A DNA stretch of 64,000 nt from Candidatus Latescibacterota bacterium (GCA_965243025.1 CBDETY010000003.1:3200001-3264000); one strand, 5' to 3'; shown: positions 49,101 through 59,923, numbered from the stretch's first letter. Made by a program: numbers and translations. The notes: a model not told the origin generated them from the letters alone.

Positions 49101-50276
49101 CTACGAGTGGTCGAGCTCCCAGATGGGGAAGTAGAAGGGAAACAGCCCGCCCAACAGGTCGGCCGCCCCCGCGGGCAGATCGAGCGGGTCGCAGGAGGGA
49201 TGGCCGCCGAAGACCAGCTGCACCATCTGCCGCCTGTTCAGGGCAACCCTTTCCGCATCCGGGGCGGGACCGAAGCGCACCTCGCCGTCGCCGAACCCGA
49301 GGGTAACCACAGCCCCGGTGTCCGTGCACTCCAGCGAGACGGCCCCCGAGAGCCCGGTCGACCGGGAGCGCAGGTGGCTCCCGATGCTCCTCAGCAGCAG
49401 TCCCAGGTCGTTGATCCGCATCATCTGGGGTCCGACCCCGGCGGCGAGCTCGACCGGCTTCCGCGTCGATGCCGCCCGGTCCGCCAGGAGGTCGTCCAGC
49501 ACCGAGGGGTTCAGGTTCGTTATCGCCTGGACCGGTGCGTTTGTCCTCACCGCCTCCGCCACCAGGGCTTCCACCGCTTCAGGAGCCCCGCCCGCCTCGA
49601 TCAGGCCTGGCTTGTTCCTTCCCGAGCCGACGCACAGATAGCCCGCCACCTCCCCGCCGGCCAAGGCCAGCCTCGTTTCGATCTTCGGGAGGGTCAGCAG
49701 GGCGGCGTACTCCTCCCGGGAGCGGGCGACCCGGAATGGCTCGGCGTCGTGGAAGCGGATGACGGCGTCGAGGTGTCCCGGGTGCCCCGGATCGAAGGGG
49801 ACGGTCTCGAAGTCCCCCCGCTCGAACGACGCGGCGTCGCCGGGGGCGAGGGTGTACACCCACCCCTGGTTGCCCACCGCCTCCCACCCGGAGTGGTGGT
49901 AGAAGGGGAAGGTGGCGTGCTGCGTCCACAGCACCGACACCGGCCAGCCGTTCTCCTGCATGATGCGGACGCAGTCGCGCAGGCAGCGGGTGGCGTACCC
50001 CTTGCGGCGGTGGTCGGGGTGGGTGACGGTGGGGCTGATGATGCCGGCGGTGAAGGAATCGCCGCCCGCGGCGATCACCCGCGGGGCAACCGGAACGTGG
50101 GCGACAACCCGGCCGGCGACCTTGAGGATGCGCATGTACCGGAGCCCCCCCTCGTTGAAGATCAGGGGGTAGTCGGTGCGGATGTCCTGGTCGGAGCCGG
50201 GGCGGAAGGTGGCGTTGATCAGGGCGATGGTCTCGTCGAACTCTTCCGGCCTGCAGGCGCGGGGTCCCTCGATCAT
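49101..50276 (-). CDS. Eis-like GNAT acetyltransferase with SCP2-like C-terminus
   Basis: TVTHPDHRRKGYA, SVLWT and FYHHSGWE; Eis-like length and layout. Confidence 0.8.
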   Translation of the reverse strand: MIEGPRACRPEEFDETIALINATFRPGSDQDIRTDYPLIFNEGGLRYMRILKVAGRVVAHVPVAPRVIAAGGDSFTAGIISPTVTHPDHRRKGYATRCLRDCVRIMQENGWPVSVLWTQHATFPFYHHSGWEAVGNQGWVYTLAPGDAASFERGDFETVPFDPGHPGHLDAVIRFHDAEPFRVARSREEYAALLTLPKIETRLALAGGEVAGYLCVGSGRNKPGLIEAGGAPEAVEALVAEAVRTNAPVQAITNLNPSVLDDLLADRAASTRKPVELAAGVGPQMMRINDLGLLLRSIGSHLRSRSTGLSGAVSLECTDTGAVVTLGFGDGEVRFGPAPDAERVALNRRQMVQLVFGGHPSCDPLDLPAGAADLLGGLFPFYFPIWELDHS

Positions 50277-50352
50277 GGGTTCTTTTCTCCGTTGCGATCG
50301 GTCGCTCCGGCCCGGCGTCGACCGCGAGGCTCGAAGATAACCGGCGGCGGCT

Positions 50353-51912
50353 TCAGCCTCCCGTCCGGGCCCAGTCAGGGAGCACCCCTGGCTCGATGCC
50401 GAACAGCAGCGGGCCCATGGCGCGGAAAACCAGGGTGATCACGACGGCGCCGACAAGGTTGAGGAAGATGCCGACCCGCGCCATCTCCGAGACCCTGACG
50501 CGGTCGCTGCCGAAGACCACGGCGTTTGGCGGCGTGGCCACCGGCATCATGAAGGCGCACGAGGCGGACAGGGTCGCCGGGATCATCAGCAGCAGCGGGT
50601 GAACCCCGGCCGACACGGCGACGGCCGCGAAGATGGGGAGCACCATCTCGGTGGTCGCCGTGTTCGAGGTGAGCTCCGTGAGGAAGGTGATCGTCAGGCA
50701 GATGACGAGGATGAGGACCAGAGGCGGCACCGAACCGAGCCCGCTGAAACCGTCGCCGATGAAGCGGGCCAGTCCGGTGGCCTGGAAGCCGTGGGCGAGG
50801 GCGAAGCCGCCCCCGAACAGCAGCACGATGTTCCAGGGCAGCCCGCGCACCACGTCCGGCCCCATCAGGGTCCGGGACTTCGCGCCCGGAGACCGGGCCG
50901 GCACGAGGAACAGGAGGCTGGCCATGGCGATCGCCACGGTGCCGTCGTCGATCAGGTTGCCGTACGGCAGCAGGGCGGACCAGCCGGGAATCGTCAGCCC
51001 CCCGATCTCGATCGGGGCGCGGAAGACCCAGAGCAGAGCGGTGGCGGCGAACACCGCGAGGATCACCCGCTCCTCGAAGGAGACGGGGCCGAGCTTGCGG
51101 GCCTCCGACTCGAGGATCTCCCGGTCGACGGCGACCTCGGCCGGTATGCGGAAGAAGACCTGCGTGATCAGCAGCCAGGCGGAGGCGAGCATGAGCACGG
51201 AGATGGGGGCGGCCATGACGAACCACACCCCGAACGATATGTGCGGCGCCTCCGGGAAGGTGATCTGGAAGATCCGCTCCAGCGAGAGGTTCGGGGGCGT
51301 GCCCACGAGGGTGGCGATGCCCCCGGCAGAGCAGGCGTAGGCGATCCCGAGCATGATGGCCACGGAAAAGGCCCGCGTCGGCTCCCGGCCGAACTGCTCC
51401 TCCATTCTCAGGATCACCGCGAGGCCGACCGGGATCATCATGATCGCCGTGGCCGTGTTGGAGATCCACATCGACAGGAAGGCGGCCGCGAGCATGAACC
51501 CGAGCACGATTCGCGCCGGCCCCCCGCCCACCGAGCGGATGACCCACAGCGCGATGCGGCGGTGGACGTCCCACTTCTCCATGGTCAGGGCGATCATGAA
51601 GCCGCCGAGGAAGAGGACGATGGTGCTGTTGAAGTAGACCGGCGCCGTGGCGCGGGTCTGCTCGATCCCGAGCAGCGGGTACAGGAGCAGCGGCAGGAGC
51701 GCGGTCGCGAACAGCGGAATCGCGTCGGTGATCCACCAGGCGGCCATGAGCAGGGCCACCGCGGCCATGCGCGTGATCTCCGGCCTGCCGGGCTCGAGGT
51801 CGAGCAGCAGGGTGAGCGCGAACAGCAGCGGTCCCAGCCACAGGCCGATGCGCTGCCCGCGCGACCGGGTTTCGCCGGAGGCCTGGGGGGCAGGGTCGTG
51901 AGTTCCGGTCAT
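50353..51912 (-). CDS. SLC13/DASS sodium:dicarboxylate (or sulfate) symporter
   Basis: SMWISNTAT, GTPPN, TELTSNTAT and CAFMMPVATPPNA. Confidence 0.92.
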   Translation of the reverse strand: MTGTHDPAPQASGETRSRGQRIGLWLGPLLFALTLLLDLEPGRPEITRMAAVALLMAAWWITDAIPLFATALLPLLLYPLLGIEQTRATAPVYFNSTIVLFLGGFMIALTMEKWDVHRRIALWVIRSVGGGPARIVLGFMLAAAFLSMWISNTATAIMMIPVGLAVILRMEEQFGREPTRAFSVAIMLGIAYACSAGGIATLVGTPPNLSLERIFQITFPEAPHISFGVWFVMAAPISVLMLASAWLLITQVFFRIPAEVAVDREILESEARKLGPVSFEERVILAVFAATALLWVFRAPIEIGGLTIPGWSALLPYGNLIDDGTVAIAMASLLFLVPARSPGAKSRTLMGPDVVRGLPWNIVLLFGGGFALAHGFQATGLARFIGDGFSGLGSVPPLVLILVICLTITFLTELTSNTATTEMVLPIFAAVAVSAGVHPLLLMIPATLSASCAFMMPVATPPNAVVFGSDRVRVSEMARVGIFLNLVGAVVITLVFRAMGPLLFGIEPGVLPDWARTGG

Positions 51913-51970
51913 GCGGCTTCCGCGTGCCCGGTTCTCGAAATGCGACTCATTTCTCTTGTAGCAGGCTGGA

Positions 51971-54067
51971 TCATCTGAGGAAGAGAAACCTCAACGAATG
52001 CACTCCGCCGGAGTGTTGAAGGCGGGTCAGATACACCCCCGAAGTCAAAGCCGCTCCCTCCTGGTCGCGGGCGTCCCAATAGACCTCGTAAGAACCTGCC
52101 GCATGGACTTGATCCACCAGGATGCGCACCGGCTGGCCAAGGACATTGTAGATCTCCAGCCGTACGGGGCCGGGATCGGCCAGGCGGTAGGGTATCCGGG
52201 TGGTCGCATTGAAAGGATTGGGATAGTTGGGTCCCAGTCGGCTGGTGGCGGGGACCCCGGTCGAGGCCCCAGGGGTCGCGGCCAAGGTTGGGACGGGTTG
52301 GGGTAAGTAAAGTGCAATTTCTCCCGCAGGCTCGGGTATTGAAAAAGATAAAATTTCGGAATCATCCACATCCAAACCGGCTTGTTTGATTTCACTGAAG
52401 CCGTAGTAGGATCCCCATTCCGGAAACAATTCAACCGCCGTCCAGTGCAACCTTCTTCTGACTGCGTCCAACGCAATGCTTACGGGATATGTTTTTGGAG
52501 GTCCATGGGCAGGTCGTTCCTGGACCTCGGCCTCGGGAGGGAAAGTTTCAACATTGGAACCATCCAGGTCCGCCAGCTGAATCCTTCCGTGGTCCGTCCA
52601 GTAAATCTTGCCTTCCACTCTATCAACGGCGATCCTCCTTGCATCGGATGACCATGACCTGACCAGGACTTCCGCATTGGAACCGTCCAAATCCGCCCGA
52701 TGAATCCCAGTCCGGTCCGTCCAGTACATTTTCCCCATGGCTTCATCAATTTCAATCCCAAATGGATGGGATAATCCTTCAATCAGGTATTCCTCAGCTT
52801 CCCCATCCAGGTCCGCACGTCTGATCCTGTCGTATTCCGCCCAGTACATTTTGCTTCCAGTTTCATCCAGGTCGATCTCCTTGGGATCCAGCAGCCTCGA
52901 AATCAGAACTTCCGCATTGGAGCCATCCAGATCCGCCCGTTGAATCGCCTGCCTGCCTCCATCCGTCCAGTACACTTTCTTCCCGGCCCCGTCCACGGCA
53001 ATTCCCCTCGGAAAAAAGGGGAAGGAGATTCGGATGAGCTCTTCGATATCTTTGGTATTGAAACCGTTAAAATCAGTGCCATCATAGTCCGCTCGTCGAA
53101 TCTTGTAGCCGTTGGTCCAATACAACTTGCCCGCTGCCGAGTCGAAGGCGTAACCCCATGGAAGCAGGAAATCGACATTTTCGGGGTTGGAACCATCCAG
53201 ATCGGCGCGCTTTTGGGATTCCAATGGGGGACCATGCAGCCATTGATATTCCCTCCAGTAAATTTGGCCTCCCGCGGTATCGACGATAAGGGAAGAAATT
53301 GCGACCCTGCCACCGGGCTTATAAATCCCCACGACATTAGATCCGTCCAGATCGGCCCTGTAGATCGCAGCACTATCCCCGTCAAGTTCCACCCAGTACA
53401 AGTTGCCTTCTCTCACATCCAGGGAGAAGTCCGTAACCAGGCGGCCCCTTTCTTCCCCAAAGATCGCCACCAGGTTTTCGACGTTTGAGCCGTCCATATT
53501 CGCCCGCCGGATCCCCGAATCACCATTATCCCCGGAATCGAGATTGAGCCAGTGCCAGTACATCTTTGCATTTGCAACATCCAAAGCAAGGGTTTCGACA
53601 GGGCCGTATTGCTCGGTTAGTGAAATCAAGGTTTCAGCATCGGAGCCGTCCAGATTTGCTCGTTGGATCGTTGCAGCACTTGACCAGTACATCTTTCCCC
53701 TGTCCGCATCGAGGGAAATTTGCCCTGCATCGAGGGAAGTTTGCCCTGCACCAACACCCTCTACAAGATCTTCGACATTGGAGCCGTCCAGATCCGCCCG
53801 GCGAATCGTGCCGCGGTCTTCAATCCAGTACACCTTGCCGCCTGCCAGGTCCAGGGCGAGATCCAATGCCTTGGGGCCTTTTCTTACGATGATCTCGGAA
53901 TTTGAACCATCCAGATCGGCCCGCTTGATAAAATGAGGGTAAGTCATGGTGGTCCAGTAAAGTTTGTCGGTATCGGTCGAAGGCTGACCGTAGGCGGTCC
54001 CCTAAAGGCCGAGAATCGTTGCGAATATCGACGCCATTATCTTTCGGCTGGCAACATGCAGTTCCAT
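51971..54067 (-). pseudogene. LDL-receptor class B (YWTD) repeat protein with FlgD/T9SS-like tail, interrupted by an in-frame TAG in the signal peptide
   Basis: GAGG RBS and ATG 54067 give MELHVASRKIMASIFATILGL*GTAYGQ...KLYWTT, continuing into the ORF-track ORF; the TAG is at 54004-54002. There are 12 YW-type repeats with RADLDGS and the tail NYPNPFNA...SGVY. Confidence 0.78.
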
Positions 54068-54099
54068 TAACCACCTCTTCGATAGGCAGCGGCCGCTGA

Positions 54100-55080
54100 T
54101 CAGCGGACCAGGTGTCCGAAGCGGTACCAGCGGACGGAATGTTCATCGCCGATCGAAAGGTACACGATCCCCGCCTTGGCGTGCAGAAGGGCGTGCGGAA
54201 CCGGTCCATGGATACGGCTGTCGGAACTGTTGTCCCGGTTGTCCCCGAGGAGGAAGTAGTGGTCCTGTGGGACTTTGAACGGCTCCGGGATCCCCATCCC
54301 GGCATGTCGAGGCCCTCGGTAGACGCCCGGATCCCCTGGCAATGGCTTCCCGTCTATGTAGAGCACGGTGTCGCGCAGGGTAATCCTTTCTCCGGGCAGG
54401 CCCATGATCCGCTTGACCACCTTCTTCCCCGGGTTCCTGGGGTGCTCGTAAACGACAATATCCCCTCGGCGCGGCTCAAAGGTGCGGGCCCATCGCGTGT
54501 CGGTAGTGATGTTGTCGCCCTGAAGCAGGGCAGGCTCCATGGAGCCGGATGAAATCCTGAAACTCTGCAGATACCGGTTGAGCTCTCCGGCGACGGCCGC
54601 GTCGATCCAGACCGTCAATGCCAGGGCGGCCAGGGCAATCAGCCGCTCACACCGCAACGGGGGCCGGGTGCGGGTGACGAAGGTTCCGCCGATCAGGTCG
54701 TGCAGGCCTCTCCTGGTTCGTGTAAACGGAATCAGCAGAAAGGAGGACCCGAGCAGAAGGGAATGAACGAGGGTGCGAAGCAGGCTGCGGCGAAACGAGA
54801 CAGGCCGAAACAGCCGGTCCACGACCGCCAGTCCGAAGAGGATCTTTCCGGGCGACCTGCGTCCTCCAGCATTCAGGAAGGCAAGACCGCCCAGGCTCGC
54901 CGCCACGCTCCCAGGAAACCACACAAACAGGAAAAGCCTCAGCAGCGCTTCCGTGCTCATGCCTGCATCGAGATGAAGAACCAGGAGAAGTAGAGCGGCG
55001 GACCCGAGGGTACATACCAGCGAGTCGACCAGAGCACTGGCGATGCGCACCAGGAAACCCGGGTATTTCCTTTCAGTCAC
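54100..55080 (-). CDS. RDD-domain / signal peptidase I fusion
   Basis: RDD motifs RIASALVD, SPGKILFGL and GLHDLIGGT, then SGSMEPAL, VKRIMGLPGE and LGDNRDNSSDSR. Confidence 0.85.
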   Translation of the reverse strand: MTERKYPGFLVRIASALVDSLVCTLGSAALLLLVLHLDAGMSTEALLRLFLFVWFPGSVAASLGGLAFLNAGGRRSPGKILFGLAVVDRLFRPVSFRRSLLRTLVHSLLLGSSFLLIPFTRTRRGLHDLIGGTFVTRTRPPLRCERLIALAALALTVWIDAAVAGELNRYLQSFRISSGSMEPALLQGDNITTDTRWARTFEPRRGDIVVYEHPRNPGKKVVKRIMGLPGERITLRDTVLYIDGKPLPGDPGVYRGPRHAGMGIPEPFKVPQDHYFLLGDNRDNSSDSRIHGPVPHALLHAKAGIVYLSIGDEHSVRWYRFGHLVR

Positions 55081-55275
55081 TCTGAACCGTATCCGAAAGA
55101 GAGCCTGAAGATGAAATCAGAATACGAGAACCGCCTGTTTCAGCAACTGTCGTGTGGCTGCGGAAGGGGATCTTTCCACGGAGCAGGAAAACTTCAGCGC
55201 CTTGCCCGGCACTCCGCACCGGCGTAGGGTTGGTGCGAAACGCCAGCCACCACCGGTCCCGCCGGGCATGAGGTC

Positions 55276-56130
55276 ATGACCGAACTGGAACTGAGCGCGG
55301 CCGAGCACAGCGCGCGCAAACTGAAACCGGAGCACCTGCAACGGGCGGTCGCCGCCCTGCAGGAGGACGGCTTCGTCGTCCTTCACGGGGCCATCGATCC
55401 CGCGCATATCGAAACGCTGCGCGAGCGCATGCTCGCCGACGTCGACAAGATCCTCGCCCTGGCCGACGTCCCCTACCAGTTCAACGACGGCCACCTGCAG
55501 CAGGACCCGCCCCCCTTCCCGCCCTATCTCTTCCGCGACGTGCTGGTCAACGACCTCGTCGTCGAGGTTACCCGGGCGGTTCTCGGGGACGGGGTCAAGA
55601 ACGCCTTTTACAGCGGCAACACCTGCCTGCCCAACACCACCCGGCAACCGCTCCACGTCGACGCCGGCCAGCTCTGGCCCGGTCTCGAGGCGGCGACGCC
55701 GGCCTACAGCCTGGTCGTCAACGTGCCTGTCGTCGACGCCACCCCGGAAAACGGCAGCACCGAGCTCTGGCCAGGCACCCACCTCGACACCACCCGCGCC
55801 ATCGACGACAGCGACATCAAGCTGCCGCCGGCGATCGAGGAGCGCCTCCGCGGCGAGCACCGGCCCCTGCAGCCGACGGTGCCGGCCGGCAGCGTGCTGA
55901 TCCGCGACATGCGCCTCTGGCACCGCGGCATGCCCAACCTGAGCGGCCAGCCGCGCCCGATGATCGCCATGATCCACTGGGTGCACTGGTGGGGCACGGA
56001 CAAGCCGCTGCTGTTTCCCAGGGGAACGGAGGAGTTGTTCGCGGACAGCCCGCTGGAGACGGTAGCCGAATTCGTTGACGGGCGGATCGACTACATCAGC
56101 CGCAACCGGAAGTACGATTACCCGGGGTAA
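55276..56130 (+). CDS. PhyH family dioxygenase
   Basis: EDGFVVL, QPLHVD, ENGSTELWPGTH and LWHRG. Confidence 0.88.
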   Translation: MTELELSAAEHSARKLKPEHLQRAVAALQEDGFVVLHGAIDPAHIETLRERMLADVDKILALADVPYQFNDGHLQQDPPPFPPYLFRDVLVNDLVVEVTRAVLGDGVKNAFYSGNTCLPNTTRQPLHVDAGQLWPGLEAATPAYSLVVNVPVVDATPENGSTELWPGTHLDTTRAIDDSDIKLPPAIEERLRGEHRPLQPTVPAGSVLIRDMRLWHRGMPNLSGQPRPMIAMIHWVHWWGTDKPLLFPRGTEELFADSPLETVAEFVDGRIDYISRNRKYDYPG

Positions 56131-56175
56131 GCCCCGGCTCGGAGCACCAGGCGCGGGCAACCGGGGGACCCCCCT

Positions 56176-56922
56176 CTACTGGCGGCGCTGGTAGGCTATG
56201 GCGTAGAAAGCCCGGGTGCGGCCGCTGCGGTTCGGCTCGCTGCGGTGCCAGGTGTAGTTGCTGAAGAACAGCCCGTCTCCGGGCCTGGTGTCGATCAGCT
56301 TCTCGCGGGTTGAATCGACCTGCTCCGGCGGCACCCGGTGGCGTTTGAAGGGCCGGAAGCCGTCCTCCCCCAGCGCGCACATCGGCGGATCGTCGTAGTA
56401 GGACTCGTGCTCGATCAGGCGCCAGCCCCGGTGGCTGGCCGGCATCACGGCGAGGGCGCTCGCTTCCACCCCGACCTCGGTCAGGGGGATCCAGCAGTTG
56501 CAGCCCAGCTCCGGATCTATCCTCCAGTAGAAGGAATCCTGGTGGAAATAGCTGCGGCTTCCCTGCTCTTCGACGATGGCGGCGTGCTTGACCCCTACCT
56601 GGTCGGTGAACCGCTCGACCGGGCCCCCGAGCAGGGCCGCCATGGCCTCGATCAGGCGGGGATGGTCGGCGATCCGGGCGAACACCTCCTCCCGGCCGGC
56701 CGGCTGCTGAATGCCGCCCGGCAGAGGGCCGCCCCCGGGGGATTGATAGCGGCCGGGATCGAGGACCTGGAAGTGCCTGGCCGGCCAGTCGGGCAAGGCC
56801 TCGGCGATCTCCATGGTGCGCTGCCGCGCGGCTTCGACCAGGTCCCCGGGAATCGGTTCCTCGACAAGGGAGTAGCCTTGTTCGCGGTATTGCCGCAGGT
56901 GGGTTTCCGTGGTCAAAACCAT
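56176..56922 (-). CDS. PhyH family dioxygenase
   Basis: FHQDSFYW, CWIPL, MPASH and WHRSEPN. Confidence 0.88.
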   Translation of the reverse strand: MVLTTETHLRQYREQGYSLVEEPIPGDLVEAARQRTMEIAEALPDWPARHFQVLDPGRYQSPGGGPLPGGIQQPAGREEVFARIADHPRLIEAMAALLGGPVERFTDQVGVKHAAIVEEQGSRSYFHQDSFYWRIDPELGCNCWIPLTEVGVEASALAVMPASHRGWRLIEHESYYDDPPMCALGEDGFRPFKRHRVPPEQVDSTREKLIDTRPGDGLFFSNYTWHRSEPNRSGRTRAFYAIAYQRRQ

Positions 56923-57173
56923 GGTCGATTCCTTGGGTACCTATTCATCCATCCCTGTCTCAGTGGACATCCGTGCGGTCGAAGAACAAGCGATCCGGGA
57001 AGGTAAGAGGCGTCCGCGGTTGCGCCAGGCGTGGTTCTTTGCGCATCCTGGCAATCCAGTGGTACCTCATCACGCAGAAACACAGTTTCTTCCGACCTTA
57101 TTTTCCGTCATCGTCCCAACTGAAGGGGGCCGCCAACACCGCAACCTTCCCCGAGTGAACGGCTGAACCTGGG

Positions 57174-58307
57174 ATGTCGACAATGAGAATCAGCGATCAG
57201 GGCACCATCAACCGCGGCCTGCCCGGCACCCGGCGGGCCTTTTCGACCTTTCCCGCGGTCATCCCGCTGGTCGACGGATCGCTGCTGGCCAGCTACCGCG
57301 CCGGCAGCGGCAAGGACTCGGCCGACGGCACGGTCGAGCTGAGGCGCTCGGAGGACGGCGGGAATTCCTGGGGCGCGCCCGAATCCCCTTTCGCCACGAC
57401 CCTGAACGGGCTCGAGGGTTCCCTCAGGGTCGGGTACATCACCGACCTGGGGAACGGCCGCCTGTTGCTGGCCGCCATGTGGGTCGACCGCCAGACCTTC
57501 CCGGGGCAGCCCCTGTTCAACGAGGAGACCGAGGGCTGCCTGCCGATGGAGGTCGTCCTGGCCGATTCCCACGACCTGGGGCGCACCTGGTCCGGGTGGC
57601 GCCCCGTGCCCGTCCCCGCGGACGTCGGCCCGCCGAGCCTCACCAACCCCGTGCTGGTCCTGCCGAGCGGCCGGCTCGCCCTGAGCATCGAGACCAACAA
57701 GACCTATGAGGACCGGGGCAGGTGGCTGCAGCGGGTGGTGTACCTGTACTCGGAAGACCGGGGCCGGACCTGGGGCGATCCGGTCACCACCTGCCAGGAC
57801 CCCACCGGCCGCATCTTCCACTGGGACCAGCGCGCCGGCCTCTTTCCCGACGGCCGCCTGGCCACCTTCACCTGGACCTACGACCGGGAGACGACCCGGT
57901 ATCTCAACATCCGGCGCCGCCTCAGCGCGGATGAAGGAGCGACCTGGTCCGCCGCCGAGGACCTCGGTTTCGCCGACCAGGCGGCGCATCCGGCCATCCT
58001 GCCGGACGGACGGGTGGTCCTGGCCTGGGTCGACCGCTTCGGGTCGCGCTCGATCCGCGCCCGCCTGGCAACCGCCGCCGACGCCCCCTTTGACGCCGCC
58101 ACCGAGGTGGAGCTGTACCGCCAGACAGCCGGCGGCTCCCCTTCCGCTGCCGGGCATGAGGACACCGGCGAACTGCTGGCCGAGATGGGGCTGTGGAGCT
58201 TCGGCCTGCCCTTTTCAGCGGCCCTGCCGGACGGCGGCGTCATGGTCGTCTACTACGCCGGCGACGACTCCTGCATGGAGGTGCGCTGGGCCCGTCTGTT
58301 CCTGTAA
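57174..58307 (+). CDS. BNR/Asp-box repeat sialidase-family protein
   Basis: Four Asp-boxes: SEDGGNSW, SHDLGRTW, SEDRGRTW and SADEGATW. Confidence 0.82.
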   Translation: MSTMRISDQGTINRGLPGTRRAFSTFPAVIPLVDGSLLASYRAGSGKDSADGTVELRRSEDGGNSWGAPESPFATTLNGLEGSLRVGYITDLGNGRLLLAAMWVDRQTFPGQPLFNEETEGCLPMEVVLADSHDLGRTWSGWRPVPVPADVGPPSLTNPVLVLPSGRLALSIETNKTYEDRGRWLQRVVYLYSEDRGRTWGDPVTTCQDPTGRIFHWDQRAGLFPDGRLATFTWTYDRETTRYLNIRRRLSADEGATWSAAEDLGFADQAAHPAILPDGRVVLAWVDRFGSRSIRARLATAADAPFDAATEVELYRQTAGGSPSAAGHEDTGELLAEMGLWSFGLPFSAALPDGGVMVVYYAGDDSCMEVRWARLFL

Positions 58308-58381
58308 GGGGTGCTGTCCTTCACCGGTTTGCAGGGCCGCCGGCTGCTCGGCCCTTCAACGCGCGCCTCTTTGCAACCGAT

Positions 58382-59128
58382 TCATACATCCAGAACATAG
58401 CGGGCCAACGGACCCAGGCGCCGAGCCGTCTCCGGGCGCAGGTACTCCCTCTGGTCGGTCTGCTGCGGGTGCTCGCGGGCGATGAAGGCGCAGTGCAGGG
58501 TGCGCCGCTTCGCGCCCGTCCGGTTGCGGCTGCAGCTGTGCCACAGGCTGCCGTTGAAGATGCCGACCGAGCCGGCCGGGGCGGTCAGCTGGACCTCGTC
58601 CTCCCGGGGGGCCGTCCGGTCCTCGACGTAGGCCTCGATCTTCTCGGGCAGCAGATGCGTCCCGGGCACCACGCGGGTGGCCCCGTTGCCGGCCGTGAAC
58701 CCGTCGAGCATCCACATGGAGTTGACCACGTGAAAGGCAGTGCGGTCGCCGCCCCAGTCCGGGTGCAGCTGCTGCTCTCCACGGCCGGGCAGGGGGTCGT
58801 GGCCGTTGAGGGAGTGCAGCTTGAAGGGCCGCCGCAGGACGTGCCAGACCGCCCGCAGCAGCGCCGGGTGGAGATAGACGCGGTCGAACACCTCCCCCTT
58901 GTTCGCCAGGTCGGAAAGACGGCGCACCCCGGGCGTCAGCCCCACTTCGCTGCCGGCCTGGTCTCCCTCCTCCCCGGAAAGGCGCTCGAAAGCCTCGGCC
59001 AGCTCCGCGCGCCAGGCAGGTTCGATGATGCCGGGCAGAACGGTGAACCCCTGCCGGTCCAGTTCCTGCAGATGGCGCTTGGGCAAGGTACCCGGCCCCA
59101 CCCCCAGCTTTTCCAGGACGGGGTCCAC
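58382..59128 (-). CDS. PhyH family dioxygenase
   Basis: QLHPDW, NGATRVVPGTH and LWHSCSRN; the start abuts the upstream phyH stop. Confidence 0.87.
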   Translation of the reverse strand: MDPVLEKLGVGPGTLPKRHLQELDRQGFTVLPGIIEPAWRAELAEAFERLSGEEGDQAGSEVGLTPGVRRLSDLANKGEVFDRVYLHPALLRAVWHVLRRPFKLHSLNGHDPLPGRGEQQLHPDWGGDRTAFHVVNSMWMLDGFTAGNGATRVVPGTHLLPEKIEAYVEDRTAPREDEVQLTAPAGSVGIFNGSLWHSCSRNRTGAKRRTLHCAFIAREHPQQTDQREYLRPETARRLGPLARYVLDV

Positions 59129-59131
59129 TGG

Positions 59132-59923
59132 CTATTCGCGGTAGATGACGGGATTGCGGTCCGGGTCTTCGAGGAACGCGGTAAGGCCTTCGTGGCGGTC
59201 CCCGACGGGGGCGGACTTCTCGGTGCGCATGTGGATGGCCAGGCTGCGCCGGGGTCCTGCCGAGCGGTTGGGACCGCTGCCGTGGAAGGTGAGGCAGTGG
59301 TGGAAACTGGCGCCGCCAGGAGGCAGAAGGGCGGGCACCTCTTCCCAGGACCTCCCCTCGGGCACGGGAATGGCCGCGCGCTGGTCGTCGAGGTCCTGGC
59401 GGAAGAAACCGCCGTCGTCCAGCAGGCCCCACTCGTGCGAACCCCGCACAAAGCGCATGGGGCCTGAATCGGCGGTCACGTCGCTCAGGGCAACCCAGGC
59501 GGTAAACAGCTCGCTGCCCTCCTCCCACACCTGCCAGTAGTGGCGGTCCTGGTGCCAGCCGATGTTGAGCTCCGCCTTCCCTTCCTCGGGTTGGGGCGGT
59601 TTGTACAGCAGCTGCGTCCACCAGACCTGCACCATGCGGGCGCCGGTTACCCGGGCGCACCACCGGCCGAGGTCGGGGTGGCTGACCAGGGCGCGGATGC
59701 CGAGGTCGGCCTGCTGCGGCAGCTCTATCTTGCACAGCTCGTTCGGGTCGTCCCCGGGGCTCCAGCGCGAGCCATGGGGAGGTTGTCCGGCGTCGTAGCG
59801 GCCCTCGCGCACCGCGTCCATGCCGGCGACGGCGGCCTGCACGACGCCGGCAGGCAGGACGGGCTCTGCGGCCAGGAAGAAACCGTCTGCCAGGTATTGC
59901 TGCTGGATGGTGGAAATGGCCAT
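59132..59923 (-). CDS. PhyH family dioxygenase
   Basis: GWHQDRHYW, WVALSD, GPMRFVRGSH and FHGSGPN. Confidence 0.88.
   Translation of the reverse strand: MAISTIQQQYLADGFFLAAEPVLPAGVVQAAVAGMDAVREGRYDAGQPPHGSRWSPGDDPNELCKIELPQQADLGIRALVSHPDLGRWCARVTGARMVQVWWTQLLYKPPQPEEGKAELNIGWHQDRHYWQVWEEGSELFTAWVALSDVTADSGPMRFVRGSHEWGLLDDGGFFRQDLDDQRAAIPVPEGRSWEEVPALLPPGGASFHHCLTFHGSGPNRSAGPRRSLAIHMRTEKSAPVGDRHEGLTAFLEDPDRNPVIYRE

Noticed and set aside
54002-54004. Pyrrolysine or stop-codon reassignment at the in-frame TAG
   Set aside because: TAG terminates many genes here (for example pafA, prcA and pgl), no pyl genes are seen, and the position is within a signal peptide.
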